Part shown: positions 1-10,398 of the stretch, in pieces
Numbering within the stretch: the first letter of the stretch is position 1
How the letters are laid out: the number at the start of each line of letters is the position of its first letter
Assembly: GCA_947629085.1 (NCBI GenBank)
Contig: CANRCM010000001.1
Location: 8,059-72,058, forward strand
Direction of reading: 5' to 3'
DNA from: an uncultured Clostridia bacterium
GTDB taxonomy: Bacteria > Bacillota > Clostridia > TANB77 > CAG-508
DNA length: 64,000 nt
The notes under the pieces: model-generated
What the model was told of the DNA's origin: nothing
The model's database searches: none
The model's input: the letters and a program-made list of their open reading frames with translations, nothing else
Translations under genes and position numbers: made by a program

Positions 1-212
1 GTTAAACAAATCTTTTTAATATAAAGTTATTTTTAGATTTTGTTTTATAAATTTAAAAATAATCTCACTATTTTATTATTATCACATTCAAGTATTGTTA
101 TTATATAATATTTATCCGAATTATAAAATTTTTACTATATATTTATATATAGTAAAATACACACAAATATTAGATTTTTTAATATTTATGTGTATCTTAA
201 TTTATATTATTT

Positions 213-2777
213 CTATTTTGTTATCCACTTTATTAAATCTAAATTTGCAGAATCTAGCAACATTGGGTGTTTTGGAATAACTCTAAATGTATAACCATAA
301 TTACCACCAGTTGTTAATTCTATTTTTGCTGTAAAATAATATTTTTTTGACTCTTCATTTGAATCTGTTAATGTCATTGGAATTATACTTACATTTTCAA
401 CAACTCCATTGTCTAAAATTTTTCCATAATATGCTTCTACCGTAACATTTTCAACACTTATATTTGGTAATTCTACCTCACATGATACTTCTATATTATT
501 TCCTGCATCCATAGTAATATTATCTAGATTATCTACTTGAGTAATTTTTATATCTTTCCAATTCATATATATATCTTTTTTCCATGAATTAAATGCTGCA
601 ACATTATCAATATCTTGGTAATATTTCTTTGTTAATTTACAAAGTGGTATATATAAGTTATTTGTATAATCAACTAACATTCTTGATGTACTATATTTTC
701 CTCCTGTTGTTATTATAGACTCTTTCATAATTTCAAGCCATTTTTTAGATATTCCATTATCATCTTTATCATAATATGCCGGTATTATCTTTTCTTCTAA
801 TGTTCTGTACATACTTTGACTATCTGCTTGATCTTGTGCTTCATATGATTCATATTCAGCATTTGTACCAATTGTCCATCCGTTAGTTTGAGTATATCCT
901 TCTGCCCACCATCCATCTAAAACACTGAAATTTATAACTCCATTAACAGCTGCTTTTTGTCCACTTGTTCCAGAAGCTTCCATTGGTCTTCTTGGATTAT
1001 TTAACCAAACATCTACACCGCTTACTAAATATCGTGACATTGCTATATTATAATTTTCTATTAAGAATATCTTTCCTTTGAATTGTGGCATCATCGATAT
1101 TTGATGAATATATCTTATCAAGTCTTGACCTTCTTTATCTGCTGGATGTGCCTTACCTGCAAATATTAGTTGAACTGGTCTATCATTATTATTTAGAATT
1201 TGTGTTATTCTTTCTAAATCTTTAAATATTAATGTTGCCCTTTTATAAGTTGCAAATCTTCTTGCAAATCCTATTGTTAAAGCATTTGGATCTAATTTTG
1301 CAATGATTTCATTTATTTCTTCATAGTTATATCCTGATCTTCTTAATCTTTCAGTTGTTGATTTGCTTACTAATTTCAATAACTTTTCTTTTCTTTCTTG
1401 ATGCACTTGCCATAATTTATCATTTGGTATATTGTTAATTTTTTCCCATACTTGATTTTTGTACATTGAATCTTGCCAAAATGGTATTAAGTATTTATTG
1501 TATAATTCTTTCATTTTAGGTGCAAGCCATGAACATGTATGTATGCCATTTGTAACATAATCTATTGGTGATTCATTTGACGCAATATTTGGCCATATTT
1601 CTCCAAATAATTCTCTAGATACCGCTCCATGTAATTTACTTACTCCATTTTTCTTTCCTGCAATCTTAAGTGCTAAAATTCCCATATTAAATCCATTATC
1701 TAATTCTTTGCATGGTTTCATTCCTAATTTTAAAAACTCTTCTTCTGACAAACCAAGTCTTGGCCAAAAATCTTTAAAATACTTTCTTACTAAATCCAAT
1801 GGAAATATATCATTACCTGCAGGTACTGGTGTATGTGTTGTAAATACAGTTTTTGAACTTGCAATATCTTTTGCAACTTCAAAAGACACTTGTTTCTCTT
1901 TTATTATATTCTTAATTATTTCTAGATTTAGAAAAGCAGAATGTCCCTCATTCATATGATATACAGTTGGATTCAATTCTAAGGTTTTTAATAAATTAAC
2001 TCCGGCCATTCCTAAAACTATTTCTTGACGAATTCTCATTTCTTGATCTCCGCCATATAATCTTAGTGTAACATCTCTATCTTCTTCATTATTTCTTTCT
2101 ATATCAGAATCTAGTAAATATAAAGTAACTCTACCAATATTTACTTGCCAAACTTTTAGATATAATCTTCTTTTAGGAAATTTAACATATATCGTTAAAT
2201 CTTCTCCTTTACTGTCTTTTACTGAATTTATTGGTAAATCATATAAATCTATATTTTTATATTCTGTTTCTTGATCTCCATTTCCATTAATTTTTTGATT
2301 AAAATATCCGTTTTTGTATAATAGCCCTACTGCTACTAGAGGTATCCCTAAATCACTTGCAGATTTCAAATGATCACTTGATAGAATCCCAAGCCCACCA
2401 GAATAAGTTGGTATAGTTTCATCTATTCCATATTCAGCTGAAAAATATGCAATTAAATCTTTTTTATTTTCAGGATATTTTCTAGAAAACCATGTATTTT
2501 TACTATTCATATACCCATCAAAATTTGCTACAACTTTATCATATTCTTTTAAGAAATTTATGTCTTTAGATTTTTCTTCTAATTTTTCTTGCGATATATG
2601 TTTTAAAAATTTAACTGGATTTTTATTTGATTCTTCCCATAAATCTCCATCCATTTGTTTTAATAAACTTAAAAATTCTGTGTTCCATGACCACCATAAA
2701 TTGTTTGAAATTTCTGATAATTTTTCAATTCTTTTTGGTAATTGTGGATTAACAGTAATTCTATTAAAAACGTACAT
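213..2777 (-). CDS. glgP: alpha-glucan (glycogen/maltodextrin) phosphorylase, GT35 family
   Basis: 854-aa ORF. It carries 'GGLGILSSDHLKSASDLG' and 'EASGTSGQKAAVNG' motifs typical of alpha-glucan phosphorylases. The antisense ORFs at 1708-1959 and 2560-2805 are shadows. Confidence 0.9.
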   Translation of the reverse strand: MYVFNRITVNPQLPKRIEKLSEISNNLWWSWNTEFLSLLKQMDGDLWEESNKNPVKFLKHISQEKLEEKSKDINFLKEYDKVVANFDGYMNSKNTWFSRKYPENKKDLIAYFSAEYGIDETIPTYSGGLGILSSDHLKSASDLGIPLVAVGLLYKNGYFNQKINGNGDQETEYKNIDLYDLPINSVKDSKGEDLTIYVKFPKRRLYLKVWQVNIGRVTLYLLDSDIERNNEEDRDVTLRLYGGDQEMRIRQEIVLGMAGVNLLKTLELNPTVYHMNEGHSAFLNLEIIKNIIKEKQVSFEVAKDIASSKTVFTTHTPVPAGNDIFPLDLVRKYFKDFWPRLGLSEEEFLKLGMKPCKELDNGFNMGILALKIAGKKNGVSKLHGAVSRELFGEIWPNIASNESPIDYVTNGIHTCSWLAPKMKELYNKYLIPFWQDSMYKNQVWEKINNIPNDKLWQVHQERKEKLLKLVSKSTTERLRRSGYNYEEINEIIAKLDPNALTIGFARRFATYKRATLIFKDLERITQILNNNDRPVQLIFAGKAHPADKEGQDLIRYIHQISMMPQFKGKIFLIENYNIAMSRYLVSGVDVWLNNPRRPMEASGTSGQKAAVNGVINFSVLDGWWAEGYTQTNGWTIGTNAEYESYEAQDQADSQSMYRTLEEKIIPAYYDKDDNGISKKWLEIMKESIITTGGKYSTSRMLVDYTNNLYIPLCKLTKKYYQDIDNVAAFNSWKKDIYMNWKDIKITQVDNLDNITMDAGNNIEVSCEVELPNISVENVTVEAYYGKILDNGVVENVSIIPMTLTDSNEESKKYYFTAKIELTTGGNYGYTFRVIPKHPMLLDSANLDLIKWITK

Positions 2778-3050
2778 TTTAATAATTCCTCCTTTGTATT
2801 TTTAAGTATTTTCTTTTGATATATTGACATATATATTATCTATTAAATCACTCTTTTTGTCAAATGTTTTTAAAAATTATTTTATATTATATTTATATTA
2901 ATAATAATTAAAATTTTTGTATAATTATTCTCTAATTTAGTAATAAAATATAAATAGTATTATTTTTTTACTTTTATATTTAGCTAAGTATATTTTCTTT
3001 AAAATCCCAAAAAAATATATTATAAAAAACTTCTTTAAGAACCAAATCAA

Positions 3051-3076
3051 AAATCTCTCTTTTATACGAGAGATTT
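3051..3076 (-). terminator. intrinsic terminator downstream of the large pilin-like gene
   Basis: Stem AAATCTCTC / GAGAGATTT. On the minus strand it is followed by a TTTTGATTT run. Confidence 0.5.
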
Positions 3077-3103
3077 TTAATTAATTTAATTACGCTTAAT
3101 TAG

Positions 3104-4510
3104 TTATTCAATTAAACAAGCACTTTCTATAGTACTTCCATTATGAGTTCCATCCTTTTTTATGTTAATATCCGGTAACAATTCTATTACAGGTCTTACA
3201 TAAAAGCTAATACTACCAACTCTATTAATTGAACTCATTAAATAAGTATTATTATTATTATTTAAGCAATAGCCATTTCCAAATGCATTTACATTAAATA
3301 ATCCATATGATACCACAGTGCCGACAGAATTAATATAATTATTTGCAAGCCAGTATTTATCTGAAAATAATAATTTATATTCATCACTTGTCGTTGTTAT
3401 ACCTTTTATTGGTCCACTGCCTGTAGTTAATGTATATGGTATATACCAGTAATAACTATTTTTTAATGTTGTTATAGCTTCTCTTCCTATTTCTGTATCT
3501 GTTGCATTTTGTGATTTTATTGAATTTTTCCAACTATTACCATCATAATAATAAAAACTGCCATGAGAAACTTCTAAACTTCCTTTAGTGTCATTTTCTG
3601 ATTGATAATATGGATAACTATCTCCCTTCCAATAATATGTTACTTTTTTTCCATATTCTCCTAATCCCCCTTTTCCATAGGGATTTTCATTTCCCGTTTT
3701 ATTAGGATCATATCCTGTAATTTTATTTATATCATTTGTATTGACACATCTTCCTTTTTCAGCCCATTTTCCTTGTCCATATATACTTCCTATTTTATTT
3801 AATTCTTCTACTCCGTAAATATATCCATTTTTTCCTCTTAATGTATAATTTCCTACTGAATTTTCTGATATTAACTTTAAACTACCATATTCTACATCTA
3901 ATAATCTCCAACCACCTGAATATTCATTTTCATTAAATGTTTGATCTTCTGTATATCCACTTGTTCTTCCATTATTTTTCTTTGGACTCATATTACTTTC
4001 TGAATATGATGTATAACTTTGTATTTCAACATCATTACCATTTTTATCTTTAGTTTGATCATATAATATATAATCTCCCACTTTTAATTCAATATTACCA
4101 TCTGTTATTGTTCCATCGTCAAGTTTTTTCCATTTTATATCCGTACACTCAATCAATCCTTCTAAATCTACCTTATATAATTTTTCTTTGTTATTTTTTA
4201 ATGTTACAATTATTTTATATCCTTCTTCATCATTACCTGAAAATTCACTATAATTGATATGCTGTTTTTCAATTGCCTGCTTAAATGTATAATCTATATT
4301 TTTAGTTCGTGTTGATTGATAATCTATAAGTGCTAATTCTATTTGCTCTTTTATTTCTTCCTCTAAATGTTTATTAGTTGCATCTTGTGATTTACTTAAC
4401 AACCCATTATCACCAGTTAATGACATAAGTGTAACTCCTGCTAGTATCAGAATAACAATAATGGTTATAACAAGTGCTATTAAAGTTATTCCTTTAGTTC
4501 CTTTTTTCAT
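3104..4510 (-). CDS. large pilin-like protein: prepilin-type N-terminus (MKKGTKG|ITLIALVITIIV...) fused to a ~430-aa Gly/Tyr/Asn-rich extracellular domain
   Basis: The ORF track starts at 4558. The ATG at 4510 is preceded by GGAGG at 4521-4525 (minus sense), so 4510 is taken as the start. A class III signal-like hydrophobic N-terminus is followed by 'LTGDNGLLSKSQDA'. The C-terminus reads 'YWLANNY...VRPVIEL'. Confidence 0.7.
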   Translation of the reverse strand: MKKGTKGITLIALVITIIVILILAGVTLMSLTGDNGLLSKSQDATNKHLEEEIKEQIELALIDYQSTRTKNIDYTFKQAIEKQHINYSEFSGNDEEGYKIIVTLKNNKEKLYKVDLEGLIECTDIKWKKLDDGTITDGNIELKVGDYILYDQTKDKNGNDVEIQSYTSYSESNMSPKKNNGRTSGYTEDQTFNENEYSGGWRLLDVEYGSLKLISENSVGNYTLRGKNGYIYGVEELNKIGSIYGQGKWAEKGRCVNTNDINKITGYDPNKTGNENPYGKGGLGEYGKKVTYYWKGDSYPYYQSENDTKGSLEVSHGSFYYYDGNSWKNSIKSQNATDTEIGREAITTLKNSYYWYIPYTLTTGSGPIKGITTTSDEYKLLFSDKYWLANNYINSVGTVVSYGLFNVNAFGNGYCLNNNNNTYLMSSINRVGSISFYVRPVIELLPDINIKKDGTHNGSTIESACLIE

Positions 4511-4554
4511 CTTTTTATTCCTCCTTTTATTTTCGGTATGTAAAATGCTTAAGC

Positions 4555-4610
4555 GCAAAAAAGCAAGACTAAGCCTATTTCTTTTTTACTTTTTATAGGC
4601 TTTAGTCTTG
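4555..4610 (-). terminator. strong terminator-like hairpin inside the 5' leader of the 3104-4510 gene (possible attenuator)
   Basis: 15-bp stem (CAAGACTAAGCCTAT / ATAGGCT(T)TAGTCTTG). On the minus strand it is followed by CTTTTTTG, and it lies about 45 nt upstream of the ATG. Confidence 0.45.
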
Positions 4611-4647
4611 TCTTTATTTATATTTTTTATTCCTCTTACTAAATTAT

Positions 4648-4689
<42 letters not shown>

Positions 4690-5137
4690 AGTAGCAAGAG
4701 TTATAGATTGTACTGTTTTTTGCATTCTCATACCCTCTTTTTACTTTTGTTTTTACTTTTTTATTTTATACTAATTATTAGAATTTAACAAGTAATTTTT
4801 TAATATTTTATATTATTATAAATGGCAATAATAAATTTCCGGTTTATTATAAATCATATCGGTATTAGTAATAACTCTAAGATTACCCGAGTATGTTGTC
4901 AATGATATTTAATTTTTATCTGATTTGAATAATATATCTTTTAACAAAATTGTAATTTAACTTTTAAATTTTTTTCTTGAAAATTTAAATTCTGAAGATG
5001 AAAAATTCTCAAAGGAATTTGTAAAAAACTATATTATTAGTTTTTATTATATAAATAAACAAAGAATAATAATTTAAAATTATTATTCTTCATTTTCATT
5101 TATTCTGTGCTTTTTATATTTAATAAACAATTATATT

Positions 5138-6154
5138 TTATAAAATTCTAGTTATATCGTTATAAGTTATATATAAGGATAATGCTATTAATATTGAAAA
5201 TCCTATCAGTTGTATATTAATTTCTGTTTTTTCATTCATTGGTTTTCTTCTTATTGCTTCTATAATTAATATTAATATTTTTCCACCATCCAATGCTGGA
5301 ATTGGTAAAAGATTAGTTACACCTAATGACATAGAAATTAAAGCCATCATATAAATGAATTCCCTTATACCTTCTGTTTTAGATACAACCTCTGAAATTC
5401 CTACAGGTCCCATCATTTGGTCTACTCCAACATTACCTGTAAATAGTTGTTTTATATTATCAACAAGTGATAATGTAAACTCTTTTGTATTTATGAATCC
5501 GTTTATACATCTATTTATAAATGTATCTTCTGCTGTTTTTAAATTCACTCCTAAATAGAAAATAGTATATCCATTTTCTTCTTCTCCTTTAGCTGTTACT
5601 AAATATTCCTTTATATTTCCTTCTCTTTCAATTATTACTTTTATTTCATTATTGTTTTTTTGTAAAATTTTATTTAAATCGTATAAATTATTTATCTTTT
5701 CCTCATTTATTTGTATGATTTTGTCTCCTGGTTGTATTCCTATTTCTTGTGCAGGATATCCATCTATTGTATTTATAACTTCATTTGTAACATATGGTCC
5801 TGAAGTTGCTACTAATATAAAATAAATAATTACAGCAAATATTATATTTACACTTGCCCCTGCTACTACTATTGCAATTCTTTTTGGAATACTAGCTTTA
5901 GAAAAAGAGCCTTCTTCTTCTGACCTTTCTTCCTCTCCTTGCATACTTACAAATCCACCTAGAGGTATTAATCTTAGTGAATATTTAGTTTGTTTTCCTT
6001 GTCTTTTTAATATTATTGGTCCAAATCCAATTGAAAATTCATTTACAGTTACTTTACAAAGTTTTGCAGCTGTAAAATGGCCAAGTTCATGAATAAAAAT
6101 TAAAAAACCCAATAGAAATAATATTTTTATTGCTGAAATTATAAAAGAAATCAA
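5138..6154 (-). CDS. rseP: RIP site-2 zinc metalloprotease, M50 family (RseP/RasP)
   Basis: HELGH zinc motif near the N-terminus, a central PDZ-like segment, and an 'LLPIPALDGG' C-terminal motif. Its position after cdsA is conserved. Confidence 0.85.
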   Translation of the reverse strand: MISFIISAIKILFLLGFLIFIHELGHFTAAKLCKVTVNEFSIGFGPIILKRQGKQTKYSLRLIPLGGFVSMQGEEERSEEEGSFSKASIPKRIAIVVAGASVNIIFAVIIYFILVATSGPYVTNEVINTIDGYPAQEIGIQPGDKIIQINEEKINNLYDLNKILQKNNNEIKVIIEREGNIKEYLVTAKGEEENGYTIFYLGVNLKTAEDTFINRCINGFINTKEFTLSLVDNIKQLFTGNVGVDQMMGPVGISEVVSKTEGIREFIYMMALISMSLGVTNLLPIPALDGGKILILIIEAIRRKPMNEKTEINIQLIGFSILIALSLYITYNDITRIL

Positions 6155-6169
6155 CTTTTTTCCTCCTAA

Positions 6170-6973
6170 TTATAAAATTGTAAATAATGCGTATGCAAAT
6201 GGTGCTAAAAATATCAAACTATCAATTCTATCTAGCATTCCTCCATGCCCTGGAATTAAATTACTATAATCTTTTATATCAACAAATCTTTTTATAGTTG
6301 ATGCAGAAAAATCTCCAATTTGCCCTATTAAACTTAATACAATTCCTATTAATCCTATCTGTAAATAAGAATAATTCATTTCCCAATACGTATTTGCTAC
6401 ATAAGTATAAAGTAATATTAATATTACTGCACCAATTGTTCCTCCTATACATCCCTCTATTGATTTTTTAGGACTTACTTTACTAAATTTATGTTTTCCA
6501 AAATATTTCCCTACTATATATGCAAATATATCAGTTCCCCATGCCGCAAAAAGTGCATACCAAATCAATATTTTTCCATCTTTCATACCATCTATAAATG
6601 CGACAAACATTATGAAAAATACAACATAAAATATTCCTATAAATGTATATGCTATATCTTTAAATGATATTTTCATATCTGTTGCAATCACTTGTACAAA
6701 TAATATCATTAAAATAGTTGGAACTGCTAGTATTACTACCATATTTAATGCTTCTGGTGGTACTATATGTATAATAGCTATACTAAAGCAACTGGCGTAT
6801 CCTATCCATCTAACCGGATTTGATACTTTTCGCACTGCATTAAAATATTCATTCATTGCAAGTAATGCAATTATAGATAATGCAACATCTACTAATATTT
6901 TATTTCCCATTAATAATACTATTAACACTAATGGAAATCCTAATAACCCTGAAGTTAATCTTTTTACATCCAT
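6170..6973 (-). CDS. cdsA: phosphatidate cytidylyltransferase
   Basis: Polytopic membrane protein with the 'SxxKRxxxxKDxxxxxPGHGGxxDRxDS' signature (STIKRFVDIKDYSNLIPGHGGMLDRIDS). Confidence 0.85.
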   Translation of the reverse strand: MDVKRLTSGLLGFPLVLIVLLMGNKILVDVALSIIALLAMNEYFNAVRKVSNPVRWIGYASCFSIAIIHIVPPEALNMVVILAVPTILMILFVQVIATDMKISFKDIAYTFIGIFYVVFFIMFVAFIDGMKDGKILIWYALFAAWGTDIFAYIVGKYFGKHKFSKVSPKKSIEGCIGGTIGAVILILLYTYVANTYWEMNYSYLQIGLIGIVLSLIGQIGDFSASTIKRFVDIKDYSNLIPGHGGMLDRIDSLIFLAPFAYALFTIL

Positions 6974-7017
6974 ATTATTTTTCCTTTCTCTAATAGAAAA
7001 TTTATCATTAGCTTATT

Positions 7018-7731
7018 TTAATTTGCCCCAAATTTTCTTGTTCTCTTTTGATATTCTAAAATAGCATTATCTAAATCTTCTTCATTAAAATCAGGCCAAT
7101 TTTTATCAATAAACAAAAATTCTGAATATACCAATTGCCATGGTAAGAAATTGCTTAAACGTAATTCTCCACTTGTTCTAATTATTAAATCCGGATCTGG
7201 CTGTCCTTTTGTATATAAATTATTTGAAACCAAATCTTCTGTTATATCTTTCAATTCAATCTTATTTTCTTTTACTTCTTTTGATATTTGTTTTATTGCT
7301 TTTATTATTTCATTTCTTCCACCATAATTTAGTGCAATATTAAAAGTCATGCCCGTATTATTTTCTGTTCTTTTCATACATTTATTTATACTTTTTTGCA
7401 TTCCCTCTGATAAAGCTGCTATATCACCTAATATTTTTACTTTTATATTTTCTGTATCTGCCCTTTTAGAATATTCATCCAAATAAGTTTGAAGTAACAT
7501 CATTAATGCTTTTACTTCTTCTTCTGTTCTTTTCCAATTTTCTGTTGAAAATGCATAGACTGTAATATGTTTAAGACCTATTTTATTTGCATATCTTATT
7601 ATTTTTTCTAATGTTTTAGCTCCTTCTTTATGTCCGAAACTTGCTGGTTTTCCTTGCTTTTTAGCCCATCTTCTATTACCATCCATAATAATTGCAATAT
7701 GTTTTGGCATATTATCTTTGTCAAAATTCAT
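7018..7731 (-). CDS. uppS: undecaprenyl-diphosphate synthase (cis-isoprenyl transferase)
   Basis: 'HIAIIMDGNRRWA', 'FSTENWKR' and 'IRTSGELRLSNFLPWQ' motifs. Confidence 0.9.
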   Translation of the reverse strand: MNFDKDNMPKHIAIIMDGNRRWAKKQGKPASFGHKEGAKTLEKIIRYANKIGLKHITVYAFSTENWKRTEEEVKALMMLLQTYLDEYSKRADTENIKVKILGDIAALSEGMQKSINKCMKRTENNTGMTFNIALNYGGRNEIIKAIKQISKEVKENKIELKDITEDLVSNNLYTKGQPDPDLIIRTSGELRLSNFLPWQLVYSEFLFIDKNWPDFNEEDLDNAILEYQKRTRKFGAN

Positions 7732-7753
7732 TACTTATTCCCCTTTAAGCATT

Positions 7754-8641
7754 TTATTTATTTCTATCTTTTATATATATAGCTAACTGTTTTAAAAATT
7801 CTGCATCTTTACCATATATATTTATTTCTTCTATCGCTTCTTTTGTTATTTTTTCTAAAATTTCTTTAGCACCTTCTAATCCATATTTAGAAACATATGT
7901 ACATTTTTTCAATTTCTTATCATTACCTACTGGTTTTCCTAATATTTTTTCATTCCCCTCTTCGGATAATATATCATCTTTTACTTGGAAAGCTAGACCT
8001 ATCTTTTCTGCATAAGATGTTACTCTGTTTAAATCTTCATTATTAGCATTTGCTATCATTGCTCCGATTCTAGCACATAATCTTAAAAGTGCACCTGTCT
8101 TATTTTTATGAATATATTCTAAATACTCATTAGATATTTTTTTCCCTTCATATTCTGTATCTACATATTCTCCTATAATCATTCTATCTACTGCATGTGA
8201 AAATTCATTAAATACATTTATTTTACTTTCTAACTCTTGTTTATTAGATTGTTTTAAGTCTTCACTAATTACGATATATGCTTGATTCAATAAACCATCA
8301 CCTGCTAAAATTGCAGTTGCTTCATTAAACTGTTTATGATTTGTTGGTTTGCCATGTCTAAAATCATCATTATCTATTCCTGGTAAATCATCATGTATTA
8401 AAGAAAAATTATGTATCATTTCAATAGCAACTGCATAAGGTATACAATTTTCTATATCATTTTTAAAAATTTTATATGTTGCCATAATAAGAATTGGCCT
8501 TATGCGTTTTCCTCCCGCCATAAGGCTGTATTCCATTGAATTATTTAATATTTTTTCTGGAACTTCGTCTTTTCTTAAATATTTATCTAATTCCCTATTT
8601 ATTATTTCTTGATATTTTTTTAATTGTTCCTTAAACTCCAT
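7754..8641 (-). CDS. trans-polyprenyl diphosphate synthase (FPP/GGPP synthase family)
   Basis: First Asp-rich motif 'LIHDDLPGIDNDDFRHGKPT' and second motif 'FQVKDDILS'. Confidence 0.8.
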   Translation of the reverse strand: MEFKEQLKKYQEIINRELDKYLRKDEVPEKILNNSMEYSLMAGGKRIRPILIMATYKIFKNDIENCIPYAVAIEMIHNFSLIHDDLPGIDNDDFRHGKPTNHKQFNEATAILAGDGLLNQAYIVISEDLKQSNKQELESKINVFNEFSHAVDRMIIGEYVDTEYEGKKISNEYLEYIHKNKTGALLRLCARIGAMIANANNEDLNRVTSYAEKIGLAFQVKDDILSEEGNEKILGKPVGNDKKLKKCTYVSKYGLEGAKEILEKITKEAIEEINIYGKDAEFLKQLAIYIKDRNK

Positions 8642-8657
8642 AAATTACTCCTTAAAG

Positions 8658-9206
8658 TTATACTGACATAATTTCTTTTTCTTTTGTTTCTAATATTTTA
8701 TCTATTTCTTCTATATTTTTATCTGTTATTTTTTGAATCTCATTTTCTGCTTGCTTTAATTCGTCCTCTGTTATTGTTCCATCTTTTTGTTCTTGTTTTA
8801 CTTTATCTATTCCATCTCTTCTAATTGAACGAATAGCAACTTTTGCCTCTTCTGCTATTTTTCTAATATCTTTTACTAATTCTTTTCTTCTTTCTTCATT
8901 TAATTCAGGAAAGGCTAGTCTTATTACTTTTCCATCATTATTTGGGTTGATTCCTATATCAGATGCTAATATTGCTTTTTCAATTTCTTTTAAAACACTT
9001 ACATCCCATGGTTGAATAACAATTAATCTAGCTTCAGGAACAGAAATACCTGCAACTTGATTAATTGGTGTTGGTGTACCATAATAATCTATTTTAACTT
9101 TATTTAATATTGCTGGATTAGCACGACCAGCTCGTACTTCTGATAGTTTTTCACTATAGACACTTATTGTTTTTTCCATCTTTTCTTTTAAACTTGTATA
9201 ATCCAT
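8658..9206 (-). CDS. frr: ribosome recycling factor
   Basis: 182 aa, collinear with the RRF family ('[19 protein letters not shown]'). Confidence 0.95.
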   Translation of the reverse strand: MDYTSLKEKMEKTISVYSEKLSEVRAGRANPAILNKVKIDYYGTPTPINQVAGISVPEARLIVIQPWDVSVLKEIEKAILASDIGINPNNDGKVIRLAFPELNEERRKELVKDIRKIAEEAKVAIRSIRRDGIDKVKQEQKDGTITEDELKQAENEIQKITDKNIEEIDKILETKEKEIMSV

Positions 9207-9270
9207 TTTTCAAATTCCTCCTTTAATTTTAAAGTATTTATACAATATTTAATTTTTAACTTTTTATTAT

Positions 9271-9978
9271 TTATTTTACTAGTGTTCCTATTTTCTCTCC
9301 TTTTACTGCTCTTACTATATTTTCTGGGTCTTTTATTCCAAACACTAATAATGGCATATTATTATCTCTACACATTGCTGTAGCAGTAGAATCCATAACT
9401 TTTAAATCCTTTTCTAAAACCTCCATATACGAAATCTCTTCATATTTTGTTGCCGTTTTATCTATTTCTGGATCTGATGAATAAACTGCATCTACTGACT
9501 TCCCAAGTAATATTATTTCTGCATTTATTTCTGTTGCTCTTAAAACTGCTGCTGTATCTGTTGTAAAATAAGGATGTCCTGTACCACATGCAAATATAAC
9601 AACTCTTCCTTTTCCTAAATGTTTTTCTGCTTTTCTTTGTATATATGGTTCAGCTATTTCTCTCATTTCTATTGCAGTTTGTACTCTTGAAAAAATTCCT
9701 CTTGCTTCTAATGCATCTTGTAACGCTAATCCATTCATAGCAGTTGCAAGCATTCCCATATAATCTGCTGTCGTTCTTTCCATTTGATGTCCATTTCTAC
9801 CTCTCCAAAAATTTCCTCCACCTACAACTATTGCTACTTGAACTCCCATTTCTACTATTTTCTTTACCTTATCACATATTTTCCCTACTGTTTCTACATC
9901 TACTCCTGTCTTTTGTTTTCCTGCTAATGCTTCTCCACTTAACTTTAAAAGTACTCTTTTATATTTTAGTTCGGCCAT
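9271..9978 (-). CDS. pyrH: UMP kinase
   Basis: '[13 protein letters not shown]' and '[10 protein letters not shown]' motifs. Confidence 0.95.
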   Translation of the reverse strand: MAELKYKRVLLKLSGEALAGKQKTGVDVETVGKICDKVKKIVEMGVQVAIVVGGGNFWRGRNGHQMERTTADYMGMLATAMNGLALQDALEARGIFSRVQTAIEMREIAEPYIQRKAEKHLGKGRVVIFACGTGHPYFTTDTAAVLRATEINAEIILLGKSVDAVYSSDPEIDKTATKYEEISYMEVLEKDLKVMDSTATAMCRDNNMPLLVFGIKDPENIVRAVKGEKIGTLVK

Positions 9979-10398
9979 TATTTCACTCCTTTTTATTTTA
10001 TTAGGCTTATTGTATCATATATTAAAAAAAAATACAGTACTTTTTAAAGATTTTTTATTTTTTTAAACAGTTTACTCTATTAAAGTAAAAATTATAAATT
10101 ACTATAATTTTTCTGTTTTTAAATACAATACTAGAAAAAGCCATGACAAGGAAAAACAAAGCATAAATTATTAACTTTAAATAAAAAATATGAAAATATA
10201 TAATTTGTTAAAGTTTAAAAAATTTACATAAAGTATTTTCAACACTATATTTATTTCATTATAAGTATATAGTCATAAAACTTGTTTTACTTGCATTTTT
10301 TCAACTTTTTTGATAAAATAAAATTATATTCGTAGCTATGCAACATAAATAGCATTTATTAAATTATTCTCATATAACAATTGTAAGGAGGAGTTTTT

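Noticed and set aside
95-280. 61-aa ORF at the window start.
   Set aside because: It is an Ile/Leu/Tyr-rich translation of AT-rich intergenic DNA that overlaps the glgP 3' end. There are no supporting signals.
1708-2805. ORFs 1708-1959 and 2560-2805 (+), antisense to glgP. Similar antisense ORFs occur at 5355-5558, 9744-10004, 10689-11033, 11739-12146, 14719-14922, 17133-17870, 19571-20803, 22255-22533, 23186-23820, 25795-26112, 26923-27471, 31055-31255, 34382-34615, 34850-36725, 37831-38049, 39073-39300, 39938-40141, 41018-41215, 42086-42441, 43312-43494, 44914-45240, 51144-51347, 53815-54000, 54751-55917, 58720-58959, 60526-60759 and 63062-63268.
   Set aside because: They are shadow ORFs on the strand opposite to (or in a frame overlapping) well-supported genes. 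They have low-complexity Phe/Leu/Ser/Ile-rich translations and no RBS.
3104-4558. The longer ORF-track start 'MRLSILHTENKRRNKK...' for the pilin-like gene.
   Set aside because: The internal ATG at 4510 has a canonical GGAGG RBS and gives a normal short prepilin leader. The upstream extension overlaps the RBS and terminator region.
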